A DNA stretch of 63,305 nt, the filler included, from Octopus bimaculoides (taxonomy: Eukaryota): the NCBI RefSeq assembly GCF_001194135.2. It is 5 parts of 5 records of this genome, joined end to end, with 100 filler letters (N's around TTAATTAATTAA, not from the genome) between each part and the next. Parts side by side here need not be neighbours in the genome. Positions count along the whole stretch, not along the records: positions 47,585 to 60,627 come from NC_068983.1; positions 60,728 to 63,305 come from NC_068986.1; 3 more parts are not named here. One strand, written 5' to 3'. The notes under the pieces were generated by a model. The model searched no databases, had not been told where the DNA came from, and saw only the letters and a list, made by a program, of their open reading frames with translations. Of the stretch, positions 51,857-63,305 are shown one piece after another (position 1 is the first letter of the stretch; every line of letters begins with the position of its first letter). The translations under genes were made by a program, and so were the position numbers.

Positions 51857-52013
51857 CGATGCAACTCCGGGAGCCGTGTCCAAACGGAATTACTGCAAAA
51901 GGGTGGAATTTGCGGGTGTCACTGCGAAACCATCTCTCAGGGATGAATTCATTAGCATTGGGGAAATTCCTTTCATCGCGTGACATTGCGTAATTGTTGA
52001 TCATGAGACAGGT
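51857..52013 (-). CDS. Cytochrome P450 (mitochondrial clan), internal exon with PERW and heme-binding motif
   Basis: Minus strand: ttcatttctttcaaacag acceptor, 157-nt exon [53 protein letters not shown], donor gtgagt. Contains the PERW and FxxGxRxCxG P450 signatures; HPFAxxPFG followed by GRRxAE is typical of mito-clan CYPs. Confidence 0.95.
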
Positions 52014-52119
52014 CTGTTTGAAAGAAATGAAAGATGATTCGATAAAAATCTGTCTATACACATAAATAGATAAATAGGTAGAGATATAGATACCTACCTA
52101 CTTACATCATATCACACTT

Positions 52120-52375
52120 TGAAGGCTATGCGTTTGCAATCCAGGAACAGGAGATTGTCATAAAGTACCTAGTGAACAAGAGAGACAGTGACGCTCTTGT
52201 AATCCCAGGGTGCAACCGCATGTGTAGGCTATGTCCTGTTTCTGTGGAAAACATCACGCATGTGATTAGCAGCTGTCCTAAAATGTCGTCACGGTACTAC
52301 CTCCCGGTGCGGCATGATGCTGTCGTTAAAACATTTTACAATGCCATCCGCAAAAAAGACAATCCTCTTCTGCTA
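52120..52375 (+). mobile_element. R4/NeSL-type (RLE) LINE fragment with CCHC knuckle
   Basis: AFAIQEQEI..CRLCPVSVENITHVISSCPKMSSRYYLPVRHDAV, the CxxC-x8-H-x4-C..RHD region typical of RLE LINEs. Confidence 0.75.
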
Positions 52376-53349
52376 TGGAATATTCCCATCAAAACTTCTG
52401 TCAAATGTAAACATAACAGAAACAAACATAAATGATGGCTGCAATTCCATTTCGAGAAATGCCTTCGTTTGGTTGTTCTCTTAGAGCAACACAGATATGG
52501 TTTTTCAGTTCTGCAAGAGACCTACACTCTTTTTGCACAAATGTGACGACGATGGCTGTCTTTTGAAGCTGGTGTTAAAGAGAGCTTACCGCCCACGCTG
52601 ACACATACCTTCATTCCACCATGGAATTTTTTCATTGAGCGTTTTATTTCTCTACAACCAGTCATTGTATGCAACAGACGCCTGTGCATAAAGCTTTTTA
52701 AAGTGAAGAAAGGCCTTGTACAGAGCCAATCCCACTCACTAAACAACGAATACATTTGCCCAAAAGGAAGAACTAACCTGTATCAATGAATGCAAACGAA
52801 GTAGCAAGCGTTAGAAAGTTTTCCTTCTGCAAGAGGGATAAACGTCTAAACGAAAAATGTTAGATAACCGTTGACTCTACTGAGTTCATTGGACCATCGA
52901 TAGGTTTTGCTTTTTGCCCTGTGCGATGTCCAACAACTTTGGTTGCAAGTTTAGTCGCCAACGGCCCGCGACCATGAGACGGGCTGTACTGGGTTACGTG
53001 TTAACTATAGCACTAACAATGACTTGACATACATTTGTGGATTAAAGTAACATTAGCGAAAGTTTATTCACACATTTACAAATACTGACATTTGCACGCA
53101 ATCTATCCAATTGACGTATGCACAAAACCCAAAAGCTGTCACTTTGTTAGTGACTGGCTTGAAATCGGTAAAGGAAAACATTAAATATATCCTAAATCGT
53201 TATCACACACGCGCGCGCCGATGGAACATATATTTACTTATCTAAATGTACAACGAAACCCTGAGATTGGTTTCACGTTTGAGGGGAAACTAATAGAAAC
53301 ATACTTATGTGCAGAGCATGTTTGATGTATATATGTGTGTGTGTAGCTT

Positions 53350-53611
53350 ATCTTCCGCTTGTTTCAGTCATTAGTCTGCGGCCATGTTGGGGCATCACCT
53401 TGAAGAATTTTTAGTCGAATAAATCGATCCTAGTACATTTTTTTAAAGCCTAGTACTTATTCTATCGGTCTTTTATGCCGAACCTCTAAGTTACGGGGAC
53501 GTAAACGAATCAACATCAATTGCCAAGCGGTGATACATATATATCGGGCTTCTTTCAGTTTCCGTCTGCCAAATTCACTCACAAGGCTTTGATTTGCCTA
53601 GGGCTATAGTA
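53350..53611 (-). mobile_element. SINE family A copy cut by the mariner insertion
   Basis: Reads ..gggctatagta and then switches to the mariner TIR; other copies continue gaagacacttg. Confidence 0.75.
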
Positions 53612-54665
53612 TCAGGTCATTCCATAAGTTCTGTCCGATTTTACCTTTTTTAAAATTGAATGAAATTTAATAGTATTTTAGAATGTCTAATGGAATTAAA
53701 AATTATTTTTATGCATTTGTGTAAATTTAACCTAATTAAATATTATTTTACAGAATAATAGAATTAAAATTTATTTGATTAAAACCCTTTCTAACATGGA
53801 AGTATCCAAAGAGCATTTAAGGCACATAATGCTTTATGAGTACAAAAAAGGAAACTCTGCAGTCGAAGCGACTCGAAACATTCATTCAGTTTATGGGAAA
53901 GAAAGCTTGAATGAAAGAACTTTCAGAAGATGGTTTGCAAAATTCAGAAGTGGAGATTTCAGCCTTGAAGATGAAGATCAAACAGGACGTCCAGTTGACT
54001 TTGATGATAAGCTCCTTGAGGCATTACTTGAAGAAAATCTTGCATTATCAGTTGAAGAATTGGCAATAAAGCTTAGTTCAAACCATACAACTGTTCATCG
54101 TCATCTTCATCAACTTGGAAAGCTTCCTAAACTTGGAAAATGGGTGCCTCACGTATTGTCCGAAAGCAACCGCAAATCCCGAGTTGACATCTGCTCTTCT
54201 CTCCATTCTCGCGAACTCATTTCACCCTTTTTGTATAGACTTGTGACTAGTGACGAAAAATGGATCTTCTATCGAAATGTTAAACGCCATAAACAGTGGT
54301 TTGGTAAAAGGAAAAAAGCTCAATCACAACCGAGAAGGGAACTTCATGGGGAAAAGGTTCTTCTCTCTATCTGGAGAGATTGCAAAGGAATAATTCACTT
54401 TGAATTACCACCTCATGCAACAATCAATGCTCAAGTCTACTGTCAGCAATGAGAGCGTTTGAACCAAGCTTTGAAGAAAAAAAGACCCGCTTTAGTGAAT
54501 CGAAAAGGAGTGATGTTTCGTCAGGACAATGCGCGACCCCACACTGCAATGATCACATCACAGAAGATCAAAGACCTTGGTTGGGAAAAAAGTCCTCATC
54601 CACCTTATTCTCCCGACCTTGCTCCTTCAGACTACCATTTGTTTCGTAGTTTACAGAAACATTTT
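53612..54665 (+). mobile_element. Mariner (D34D) DNA transposon, left end plus near-complete transposase, one nonsense codon, right end missing
   Basis: ATG at 53796 (MEVSKEHLRHIMLYEYKKG), WVPHVL, VTSDEKW, QDNARPH and YSPDLAPSDYHLF motifs with D-34-D spacing. In-frame TGA at 54450-54452. Putative left TIR tcaggtcattccataagttctgtccg follows TA at 53610-53611. Homology stops near 54665 and no right TIR was seen. Confidence 0.93.
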
Positions 54666-55394
54666 TATATTAATCTGATCTATACATTTGTAGAGTGCAA
54701 ATTTATTATTCTTAAACAAGAATATTATAGACAGTAACTTCGAAGTTTCAAACAATATGCGCGTGTGTTTGTTTACTGAATTTCTATCAGAAGACTCAGA
54801 TCGACTGGAGGCTTTGGTAGGAATATCCCTTGGCCAAAGTTACACACAGTGAGATCGAACCAGGGATCGCGTAGTTATCAAGCAAACTTCTTAGCTACAC
54901 AACCATGCCTGCCTGAGTTCCTCTCATCATAGTAGATATACGTAGTAGAAAATATTGCCAAACAGTCGGTCTTTGAAGAATCGTGAAAGAAGTAGCGAAT
55001 AAATAAATAAACAAAGTCTCGAAACAGTAGGGAGAAAGAAAAAGAAAATAAATTCTAATGGCTGAAAGAAGATAAGCCTGAAGTGAAGGATAAAAGAGGA
55101 GATAAAGACGAAGTCGAATAAAGACACGTAAAAAAAAAAAAAGAAAAAAAAAAGGGAAAGAAGCTGACCTAGTTTTTTTTTACGTTGCAAGATTATTCTT
55201 CATACGATGTATTTAGTGTGTGTGTGTGTTAACTTACCCCCTTTGGTATGTGGTAGCCATCTAATACAATATCTTCTGTGGTAATTCTGGCTCCGATTGG
55301 GATAACTGGATAAAGTCTGCAACAACAACAACACAAATATCATTGAACAGGTTTAAGTAAATGGCAGCGACAACAACAACAGCAGCAAAAATGG

Positions 55395-55590
55395 GTTCAA
55401 GTTTTGGCACAGGGCCAGTAATTTTAGGGGAAGTGTAGAGTCGATTTCCTCGACCCCAGTGTTTCACTGGTACTTAATTTATCGACACCCAAAAGATGAA
55501 ACGCAAAGTCGAACCCGGCAGAATTTGAACTTACAACGTATGGAACGTTAAGCATTTTCTCCGGCAATAAAGATTCTGTCAGCTCGCCAC
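55395..55590 (-). mobile_element. SINE family B
   Basis: Reverse copy with core ctggtacttaatttatcgacacccaaaagatgaa. Confidence 0.7.
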
Positions 55591-55744
55591 CCTAACAACA
55601 ACAACGCCAGTAGCTTTGAGGGGAGGGGTTTATTGACCCCCGAGGGATGGAGGATAAAGCTGATATCCGCTGGATTTGATCTCAGAACATAAAGAGTCAA
55701 TAACAACAGCAACAATAACATCAACAATAGTTTCAAATTTTGCA

Positions 55745-56085
55745 CAAGGCGAAGGAGTGGCTGTGTGGTAAGTAGCTTGCTTACCAGCCACATGGTGGCA
55801 CCTTGGGCAAGTGTCTTCTACTATAGCCTTGGGCCGAACAAAGCTTTGTGAGTGGATTTGGTGGACAGAAACTGAAAGAAGCACGTCATATATCTATATG
55901 TGTGTGTGTATGTTTTTCCCCCCACCAACATCATTTGACAACCGATGCTGATGCGTTTGCGTCCCCGTAACATAGCGGTTCGGCAAAAGAGACTGATAGA
56001 ATAAGTCCTGGGGTCGATTTGCTCGACTAAAGGTGGTACTCGAACATGGGTGCAGTCAAATGACTGAAACAAGTAAAAGAATAAA
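55745..56085 (+). mobile_element. SINE family A
   Basis: aggagtggctgtgtggtaagtagc..gaaacaagtaaaagaataaaag. Confidence 0.8.
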
Positions 56086-56139
56086 AGAAAAAAAACGGCT
56101 AGTAATATCAGGGGTGGAGTGGGATGTGGTAAGTTTAAT

Positions 56140-56575
56140 ACATCGACGCTAGTGTTGAAATGGGGGTGCGTTTTCACAGCGGATGGCTTTCTTGACCAGC
56201 AGGACCTAACCCATCTGGTCAGATATTTCTTGAGACGGTGATCAGGCAATAAGCACACACTACTGAAGTGTATTTAGCTACTTCTGACCGACTGTTGTTG
56301 CTGAACGGTTCCGAGGTGACCGCTTAATTTGTCCACCAAACTGATGCCGCTATACCTTGTGGGTATCTAGAGAGTCTAAAGATCGGACCGAACTCAGCAG
56401 CTCTTAGGACAGCCACTAGGTAGTGATAATTCACCCGGTCGAACGCTCTGAACTGATCCATTATTGGTCAGCATACTGCCAAAGCTAGATCTATTCCTGA
56501 TTCGTTCAACGATGTTGCGAATGAGGAGGATGTCGTAATTAGATCGTACGAGAATAACACAGGTGTGTGTGTCTC
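56140..56575 (-). mobile_element. L1/Tx1-clade LINE reverse-transcriptase fragment
   Basis: Minus-strand frames give LLIRNIVE.. then DQFRAFDRVNYHYLVAVLRAAEFGPIF and SEPFS, matching the Tx1 RT DxxKAFDRV region. Frameshifted. Confidence 0.75.
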
Positions 56576-56619
56576 TCATTACTCAACTGACAACAAACAT
56601 CAACAACACACTAAAAGCA

Positions 56620-56890
56620 CGTGAGACCAAGAACAAACTGTAAAGTTGACCATAAAACTGAAAGTTGTAACCTTCAGAACACAAACTGCTACATAGGACA
56701 GACCGGTACAACACTCTCGTGTAGACTCACCATGCACTTGCAACATTACGCCACAAATCACAATACGAATTTGATTGGAAAATGCTGGAGGAGAATACTT
56801 ATATATTTTATAAAAATCCATACAAAAATAGATTATGGAAACCATATTTATATCGCAATATAATGTCAAAATAAAACATATGAAAAAGTT
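56620..56890 (+). mobile_element. Penelope-like element GIY-YIG endonuclease fragment
   Basis: NCYIGQTGTTLSCRLTMHLQH matches the YIGxTxxxLxxRxxxH motif of PLE GIY-YIG domains. Confidence 0.7.
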
Positions 56891-56904
56891 AACAAGTGTT
56901 AACA

Positions 56905-57240
56905 GGCGTGGCCACCACATGGTTTCGGGTTCAATCCCACTGCGTGACACCTTGGGCAAGTGTTTTCTACTATAGCCTCGGGCCGACCAAAGCCTCGTGA
57001 GTGTATTTGGTAAACGGAAACTGAAAGAAGCCCGTCGTATATGTTTGTGTGCTTGTGTTTGTCCTCCCATCGCTTAACCGATGCTGGTGTGTTTACATCC
57101 CCGTAACTTAGCGGTTCGGCAAAAGATTCCGATAGAATAAGTACTAGGCTCACAACGAATACGTCCTGGGGTTGACTTGTTCGACTAAAAGGCGGTGCTC
57201 CAGCACGGCTGCAGTCAAATGACTGAAACAAGTAAAAGAA
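56905..57240 (+). mobile_element. SINE family A (5' clipped)
   Basis: ccacatggtttcgggttcaatccc..gactgaaacaagtaaaagaa. Confidence 0.8.
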
Positions 57241-58919
57241 TATATATATTTATAAATATATATATNNNNNNNNNNNNNNNNNNNNNNNNNNNNNNNNNNN
57301 NNNNNNNNNNNNNNNNNNNNNNNNNNNNNNNNNNNNNNNNNNNNNNNNNNNNNNNNNNNNNNNNNNNNNNNNNNNNNNNNNNNNNNNNNNNNNNNNNNNN
57401 NNNNNNNNNNNNNNNNNNNNNNNNNNNNNNNNNNNNNNNNNNNNNNNNNNNNNNNNNNNNNNNNNNNNNNNNNNNNNNNNNNNNNNNNNNNNNNNNNNNN
57501 NNNNNNNNNNNNNNNNNNNNNNNNNNNNNNNNNNNNNNNNNNNNNNNNNNNNNNNNNNNNNNNNNNNNNNNNNNNNNNNNNNNNNNNNNNNNNNNNNNNN
57601 NNNNNNNNNNNNNNNNNNNNNNNNNNNNNNNNNNNNNNNNNNNNNNNNNNNNNNNNNNNNNNNNNNNNNNNNNNNNNNNNNNNNNNNNNNNNNNNNNNNN
57701 NNNNNNNNNNNNNNNNNNNNNNNNNNNNNNNNNNNNNNNNNNNNNNNNNNNNNNNNNNNNNNNNNNNNNNNNNNNNNNNNNNNNNNNNNNNNNNNNNNNN
57801 NNNNNNNNNNNNNNNNNNNNNNNNNNNNNNNNNNNNNNNNNNNNNNNNNNNNNNNNNNNNNNNNNNNNNNNNNNNNNNNNNNNNNNNNNNNNNNNNNNNN
57901 NNNNNNNNNNNNNNNNNNNNNNNNNNNNNNNNNNNNNNNNNNNNNNNNNNNNNNNNNNNNNNNNNNNNNNNNNNNNNNNNNNNNNNNNNNNNNNNNNNNN
58001 NNNNNNNNNNNNNNNNNNNNNNNNNNNNNNNNNNNNNNNNNNNNNNNNNNNNNNNNNNNNNNNNNNNNNNNNNNNNNNNNNNNNNNNNNNNNNNNNNNNN
58101 NNNNNNNNNNNNNNNNNNNNNNNNNNNNNNNNNNNNNNNNNNNNNNNNNNNNNNNNNNNNNNNNNNNNNNNNNNNNNNNNNNNNNNNNNNNNNNNNNNNN
58201 NGGGGGGGAGGATTCTTAGAGGCCATGCTTGTCGCTCAGCAGACTTATACTCTTTTACTTGTTTCAGCCATTTGACTGCGGCCATGCTGGGTTCATCGCC
58301 TTTTAGTCGAGCAAATCGACCCCAGGACTTATTCTTTGTAAGCCTAGTAATTATTCTATCGGTCTCTTTTTGCCGAACCGCTAGGTTACGGGGACGTAAA
58401 CACACCGGCATCGATTATCAAGCGATGTTGGGGGGGACAAACACAGACACACAAACATATATATATGTACATATATACGACGGGCTTCTTTCAGATTTAT
58501 GGGTAAAAAAAAACATCCATGCATGACCATCCCGTGGCTTATTTTCGACATAGTGTATCTAGGAATACATCATTCAATGTATCTTGAACCCTTTTGTTAC
58601 CATATTTCTTTTGAAATACACTTTGGTTTTTATTAATTTCGAAAGTAATACTCTTTTACTAGTTTCAGCCATTTGACTGCAGCCATGCTGGAGCACCGCC
58701 TTTAATCAAACAAATCGATCCTAGGACTTATTCTTTGTAGACTTAGTACTTATTCTATCGGTCTCTTTTGCTGAACTTCTAAATTACGGGGACGTGAACA
58801 CACCGACATCGGAGAGCTGGCAGAAACGTTAGCACGCCGGGCGAAATGTTTAGCGTAATCTCGTCTGTCTTTATGTTCTGAGTTCAAATTCTCAACACAC
58901 AGCTTATATATATAGAGAG

Positions 58920-59545
58920 AAAGGCGCAAGGAGTGGCTGTGTGGTAAGAAGCTTGTTTCTCAACCACATGGTTCCGTGTTCAGTCCCACTACGTGACACC
59001 TTGGGCAAGTGTCTTCTACTAAAGCCTCGAGCCGACCAAAGCCTTGTGAGTGAATTTGGTAGTTAGAAATTGAAAGAAGCCCGTCGTATATATATATATA
59101 NNNNNNNNNNNNNNNNNNNNNNNNNNNNNNNNNNNNNNNNNNNNNNNNNNNNNNNNNNNNNNNNNNNNNNNNNNNNNNNNNNNNNNNNNNNNNNNNNNNN
59201 NNNNNNNNNNNNNNNNNNNNNNNNNNNNNNNNNNNNNNNNNNNNNNNNNNNNNNNNNNNNNNNNNNNNNNNNNNNNNNNNNNNNNNNNNNNNNNNNNNNN
59301 NNNNNNNNNNNNNNNNNNNNNTATATATAGGTATGTATGTATTTCTGTGTGTGTATTTGTACCCCCAACATCACTTGACAACCGATGCTGGTGTGTTTAC
59401 CTCTCCGTTAGCTAGCAGTTCGGCAAAGAGTTCGATAGAATAAGTGCTAGGCTTACAAAGAGTAAGTCCTGGACTCGATTTGTTCGACTAAAGGCGGTGC
59501 TCCAGCATGGCCACAGTCAAATGACTGAAACAAGTAAAAGAATAA
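58920..59545 (+). mobile_element. SINE family A spanning an assembly gap at its internal microsatellite
   Basis: 5' half ends gaagcccgtcg(ta)n at the gap; the 3' half resumes after it. Confidence 0.8.
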
Positions 59546-59825
59546 AGACTATATGTATGCATCTTTTTACCCTTTTCAGTCATTGGATTGCGTCCATGCA
59601 GCTTATTCTATCAACGTCTAGCGGAATCGCTATGTTACAAGAACGCAAACAAACCAACAACAGTTGTGAAAAAGTGCGAGACGGGGGACAAACGCAAACG
59701 TATATACAACAAGCTTCCACACAGTTTTCGTCGACCAAATTCACTCGCAAGGCATTTGTGCCGTATAGTGGGACCGAACCCCAAACCACGTGGTTACAAA
59801 CTGAACTACATGACCACACATTCAC

Positions 59826-59887
<62 letters not shown>

Positions 59888-60874
59888 TTGTCTGTGCACA
59901 TATATGTTTGCGTGCGTATGCAGCATACAGCTTGTGTGTGTGTATGTGTGCGTGCGTATGCAGCATACAGTATGTGTGTGTGTGTGCGTGTGCGTAGTGA
60001 GAGAGGCAAAGCTAGCCAATATCACTAAGAGATAAAACCGAGTTTCAAGGTCGTGACTCCTCTGTGACCGGAACCAAACCGGGTGCACGGAGGATGATAG
60101 TGATGAGGGGTAGTGAGAGAAGAAGGAAACCAGAGACAGACGGACTGACAGACAGACAGAGAGGTAGACATCGAGGATCTGCAGCAGATTGCCTCTGTAC
60201 GTGCCATGTTCCGTTTTCAGTATGAGCGCGTGTGTTTATGAGTGTGTGTGTATGCGGTAGAAAATATCATGTGAGTATGGTTATATTTGCGGAACTGGCG
60301 CCCGTGATATAGGAAAATGAAAAAAAGCCAGAATGCTGAACTGGAAGCATAATTTAATAAAGCCTTTTTCTAACCGGTTTTCATTGCGAAGAAGCAAATT
60401 ATCAAGAAGAAGGAGAATGAAAATGTTTTTTTACAAAGAAGTACAAAATGAAGAAAATAATATATAAAACAATAATATATAAAAAAATAAATATACCCAT
60501 ACATTATATTGTCTTTGAGCTTTTGTAGTTCAATAGTAGTTCATGTATAAATTGGTAGGAAAAATAAGGATGCATGAGGGTTGAGGGTTTTGTTAGGTTT
60601 AAAGAAAGGGTTAAAAGTTTGTGTTAANNNNNNNNNNNNNNNNNNNNNNNNNNNNNNNNNNNNNNNNNNNNTTAATTAATTAANNNNNNNNNNNNNNNNN
60701 NNNNNNNNNNNNNNNNNNNNNNNNNNNACTATGTTCAACACATGCACATAAATACACACGCATATATATATACATACATATATATATAAGGCTCTTAATG
60801 ACTCCACGATAAGAGTGCACTTGTTCAGTTAGCTGCACTGCTTTGTACCTGAATAAACGTGTATGCTTATAAGT

Positions 60875-60919
<45 letters not shown>

Positions 60920-60999
60920 CAGATAGACAGATAGATAGGTATATGTATATATGTTTCACTTCTACTCTATAGGTAACAGACAGTCGTTGAATGAAACCG

Positions 61000-61460
61000 T
61001 CCTTCAAAACACTTATCCCCATTTCCTACATTGAGCAAAATTTCCCTCTGCTTTCATGTGCCTTAAGTCTAAGCAAAAGTCAAGCTCTCAACACCATGAG
61101 AAATTCTCTAAGTCACTAGGCAGAATGGTGTTCTTTCACAAGTGCCAACGTTGGATAACTGCTTGGACTTAGTATGCGCACTTGCGTCCGTACATGACAC
61201 TGCTTTCTCGACTATCAAACTGCAGCCAACGTGTTGGTACCTAAACCGACGATACTCAGCCATTTTCCTTGATTCCTCTTTCTTTCTTCTAATCAATGAT
61301 GATTCTGTTAGCAGTAAATTCCACGGAGAAAACGTCCACTTTCACTGATCGCTTTGCTCCCAATCTCGGCCCCTTCCAGTGTGCAGAATAGGCACCAGCT
61401 GTTTCAAGTAAACAAGGTCAACAATGCTTATGGAGTTCCTTACATTATGCATGTTGTGAT
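61000..61460 (-). mobile_element. Possible ancient hAT transposase relic
   Basis: Broken minus-strand frames contain VPTRW..SxxMxxR and a YSAH/TL segment reminiscent of the hAT TRWNS and CxAH motifs. Many stops. Confidence 0.3.
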
Positions 61461-61524
61461 CTTAAATGTTCTCCCTACTCTCCACATTCCGTTATCTGTC
61501 GCTCTCTATCACTCTCTCTCTCTT

Positions 61525-61563
<39 letters not shown>

Positions 61564-62864
61564 CTCTCTCTCTCTTTTTCCCTCTCTCATACATGTTTCA
61601 GTCATTAGGATGCGTGTGCCTGTGTGTGTGCGTGCATGAGAGAGAGAGAGAGAGAGAGAGGTGAAGGTTTCTAATAGAAAATGATGAAATCTACTTGGGC
61701 AACACATTAAGGAATCTCTTAAAGATAGGAAGTGGTCGGTGTTTCAAGGGAAATAATTTCTAATCTTTGTTTAGTGCTTTCTTTTGTCGGATAATATGAT
61801 TAAGAGTCTATTTGATGATGGATGTTGAAAGAGATATCATAAAATAGGCCAATGAAATAAAAATGTTGACCCGGAACCAATTTTGAATTGTTCTTCTTTC
61901 ACTGAGCTTTCAATGTATCTTTCGCCGAAACACTTTGTGATCAGTATTGCCAAGGATAAATATATCGGATGGCAAACTTCAGATTTTAAACTAGAAATGA
62001 AACTACCACATTGGGACAAATACTATATTCAACAATTTATCGATACTGCAATGAAGCAATGAAGACTCGTAAGAAAACTGTATGCAGTTGTTTCTTGCGA
62101 TAAACTAGTGTCTTAGTCTAGCAGAGATTTATGTCTCCTCAGCTTCACGTCATTAAACAAAGAGGTAAGGACCGGCTCCATAGAAAAACACCAAATTTAC
62201 AACCTATACACAAACTATGCATTCATTCTCACATACACACACGTACATAAATAAATATATATACACATAAGCTTGTGCCTAAGTACGTATGTATACTTAT
62301 GTATTTACATATATATTTGTGTATGTGTTTGTGTGTGTGTGTGTGCGTGTGCATGTGTGTGTGTGTGTTTGTGTGTGGGGGTCAGATTCTCCACCAGCTA
62401 GCTTTCGATGCAACGTTCTGTATATGTATGCATATATAGATATACATATACATATATACAGATATATATATATATATATATGTATGCATACATCTCTGTA
62501 TACACACGCGCGCACACACACACAAACACACACATACACACACACACACATACACACACACACACATATATATCTATTTATATATATATGTGTGTGTGTG
62601 TGTATTTAAAATGAAAGCAGTTAAAATCGTAAACATACCACAATTTCTTTACACATTTATTTAATCTGTCCAACGATGCAGCAATGACTGACTCACCGAA
62701 TTTCTCTTTTTATATTCCTCAATTCCATCTCAATAACGAGCTATCATTGTTTCTGTTTATCAATCTATACATCCATGTAATGATCTATATCTATCTATCC
62801 ATCTATCCATACCTATCTATCTATTTATATATCTGCCTCTCTATCTAACTATCTATCAATCTGC

Positions 62865-62940
<76 letters not shown>

Positions 62941-62973
62941 TTATATCTGTATACATACATGCTCAGTCGCACA

Positions 62974-63009
<36 letters not shown>

Positions 63010-63305
63010 TGCAGGCTATAAAATGCATGCATGCATGCATACATACGGAATAAAGGATACAGGTAGCTTTCCCTTCTTAAAATGTGAATGTATTTATTTA
63101 AATGTATGTAAAAGTATCTAACTATTTATCTTAGAATCTCACAAGCGAGTAGTCACGAATATATATGTATATAAAAAAGATTAACTTACAAAAATGCATA
63201 CATATTCATTTACACACGGACGTACACATACGTATTTATATCTGTATACATGTATGTGCATATGTGCGTGAATGTATATATGATATATATATATATATAT
63301 ATATA

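Noticed and set aside
52778-52845. Exon-like segment (tttag ... CAG|gttagt) as the missing CYP K-helix exon
   Set aside because: The only open frame (RLSLLQKENFLTLATSFAFIDT) lacks P450 features and ends in phase 1, incompatible with the phase-0 exon at 52013.
61853-62060. About 69-codon stop-free plus-strand frame
   Set aside because: No recognisable domain or good splice sites; consistent with chance or an unrecognised TE relic.

Overview
Eukaryotic, AT-rich, gap-ridden animal DNA full of microsatellites and SINEs. The repeat families and composition point to a coleoid cephalopod, probably an Octopus draft assembly (inference). There is no prokaryotic content and no CRISPR array. The one clear host gene is the 3' end of a mitochondrial-clan cytochrome P450 on the minus strand: three exons (52013-51857, 51204-51161, 49970-49860) that splice in frame through the PERW and [10 protein letters not shown] heme motifs to the stop. 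Its 5' exons were not found in the window. One orphan exon candidate lies at 7415-7343 (-). The rest is transposon debris: many tRNA-derived SINEs (three families), LINE relics (RTE, CR1-like, L1/Tx1, R4/NeSL-type RLE), a Penelope GIY-YIG fragment, a nearly intact D34D mariner, and hAT, pogo, Tc1 and piggyBac-like MITEs. The most interesting signal is a recurring architecture at 9.6, 13.7, 20.9, 22.9 and 45.7 kb: a minimal type-I hammerhead-ribozyme-like motif, usually with a palindromic stem III, paired with an inverted partial or full copy of its own unit to form a fold-back. This resembles Penelope-type pseudo-LTR derivatives. All motif calls were made by eye; nothing was folded, aligned or searched computationally.
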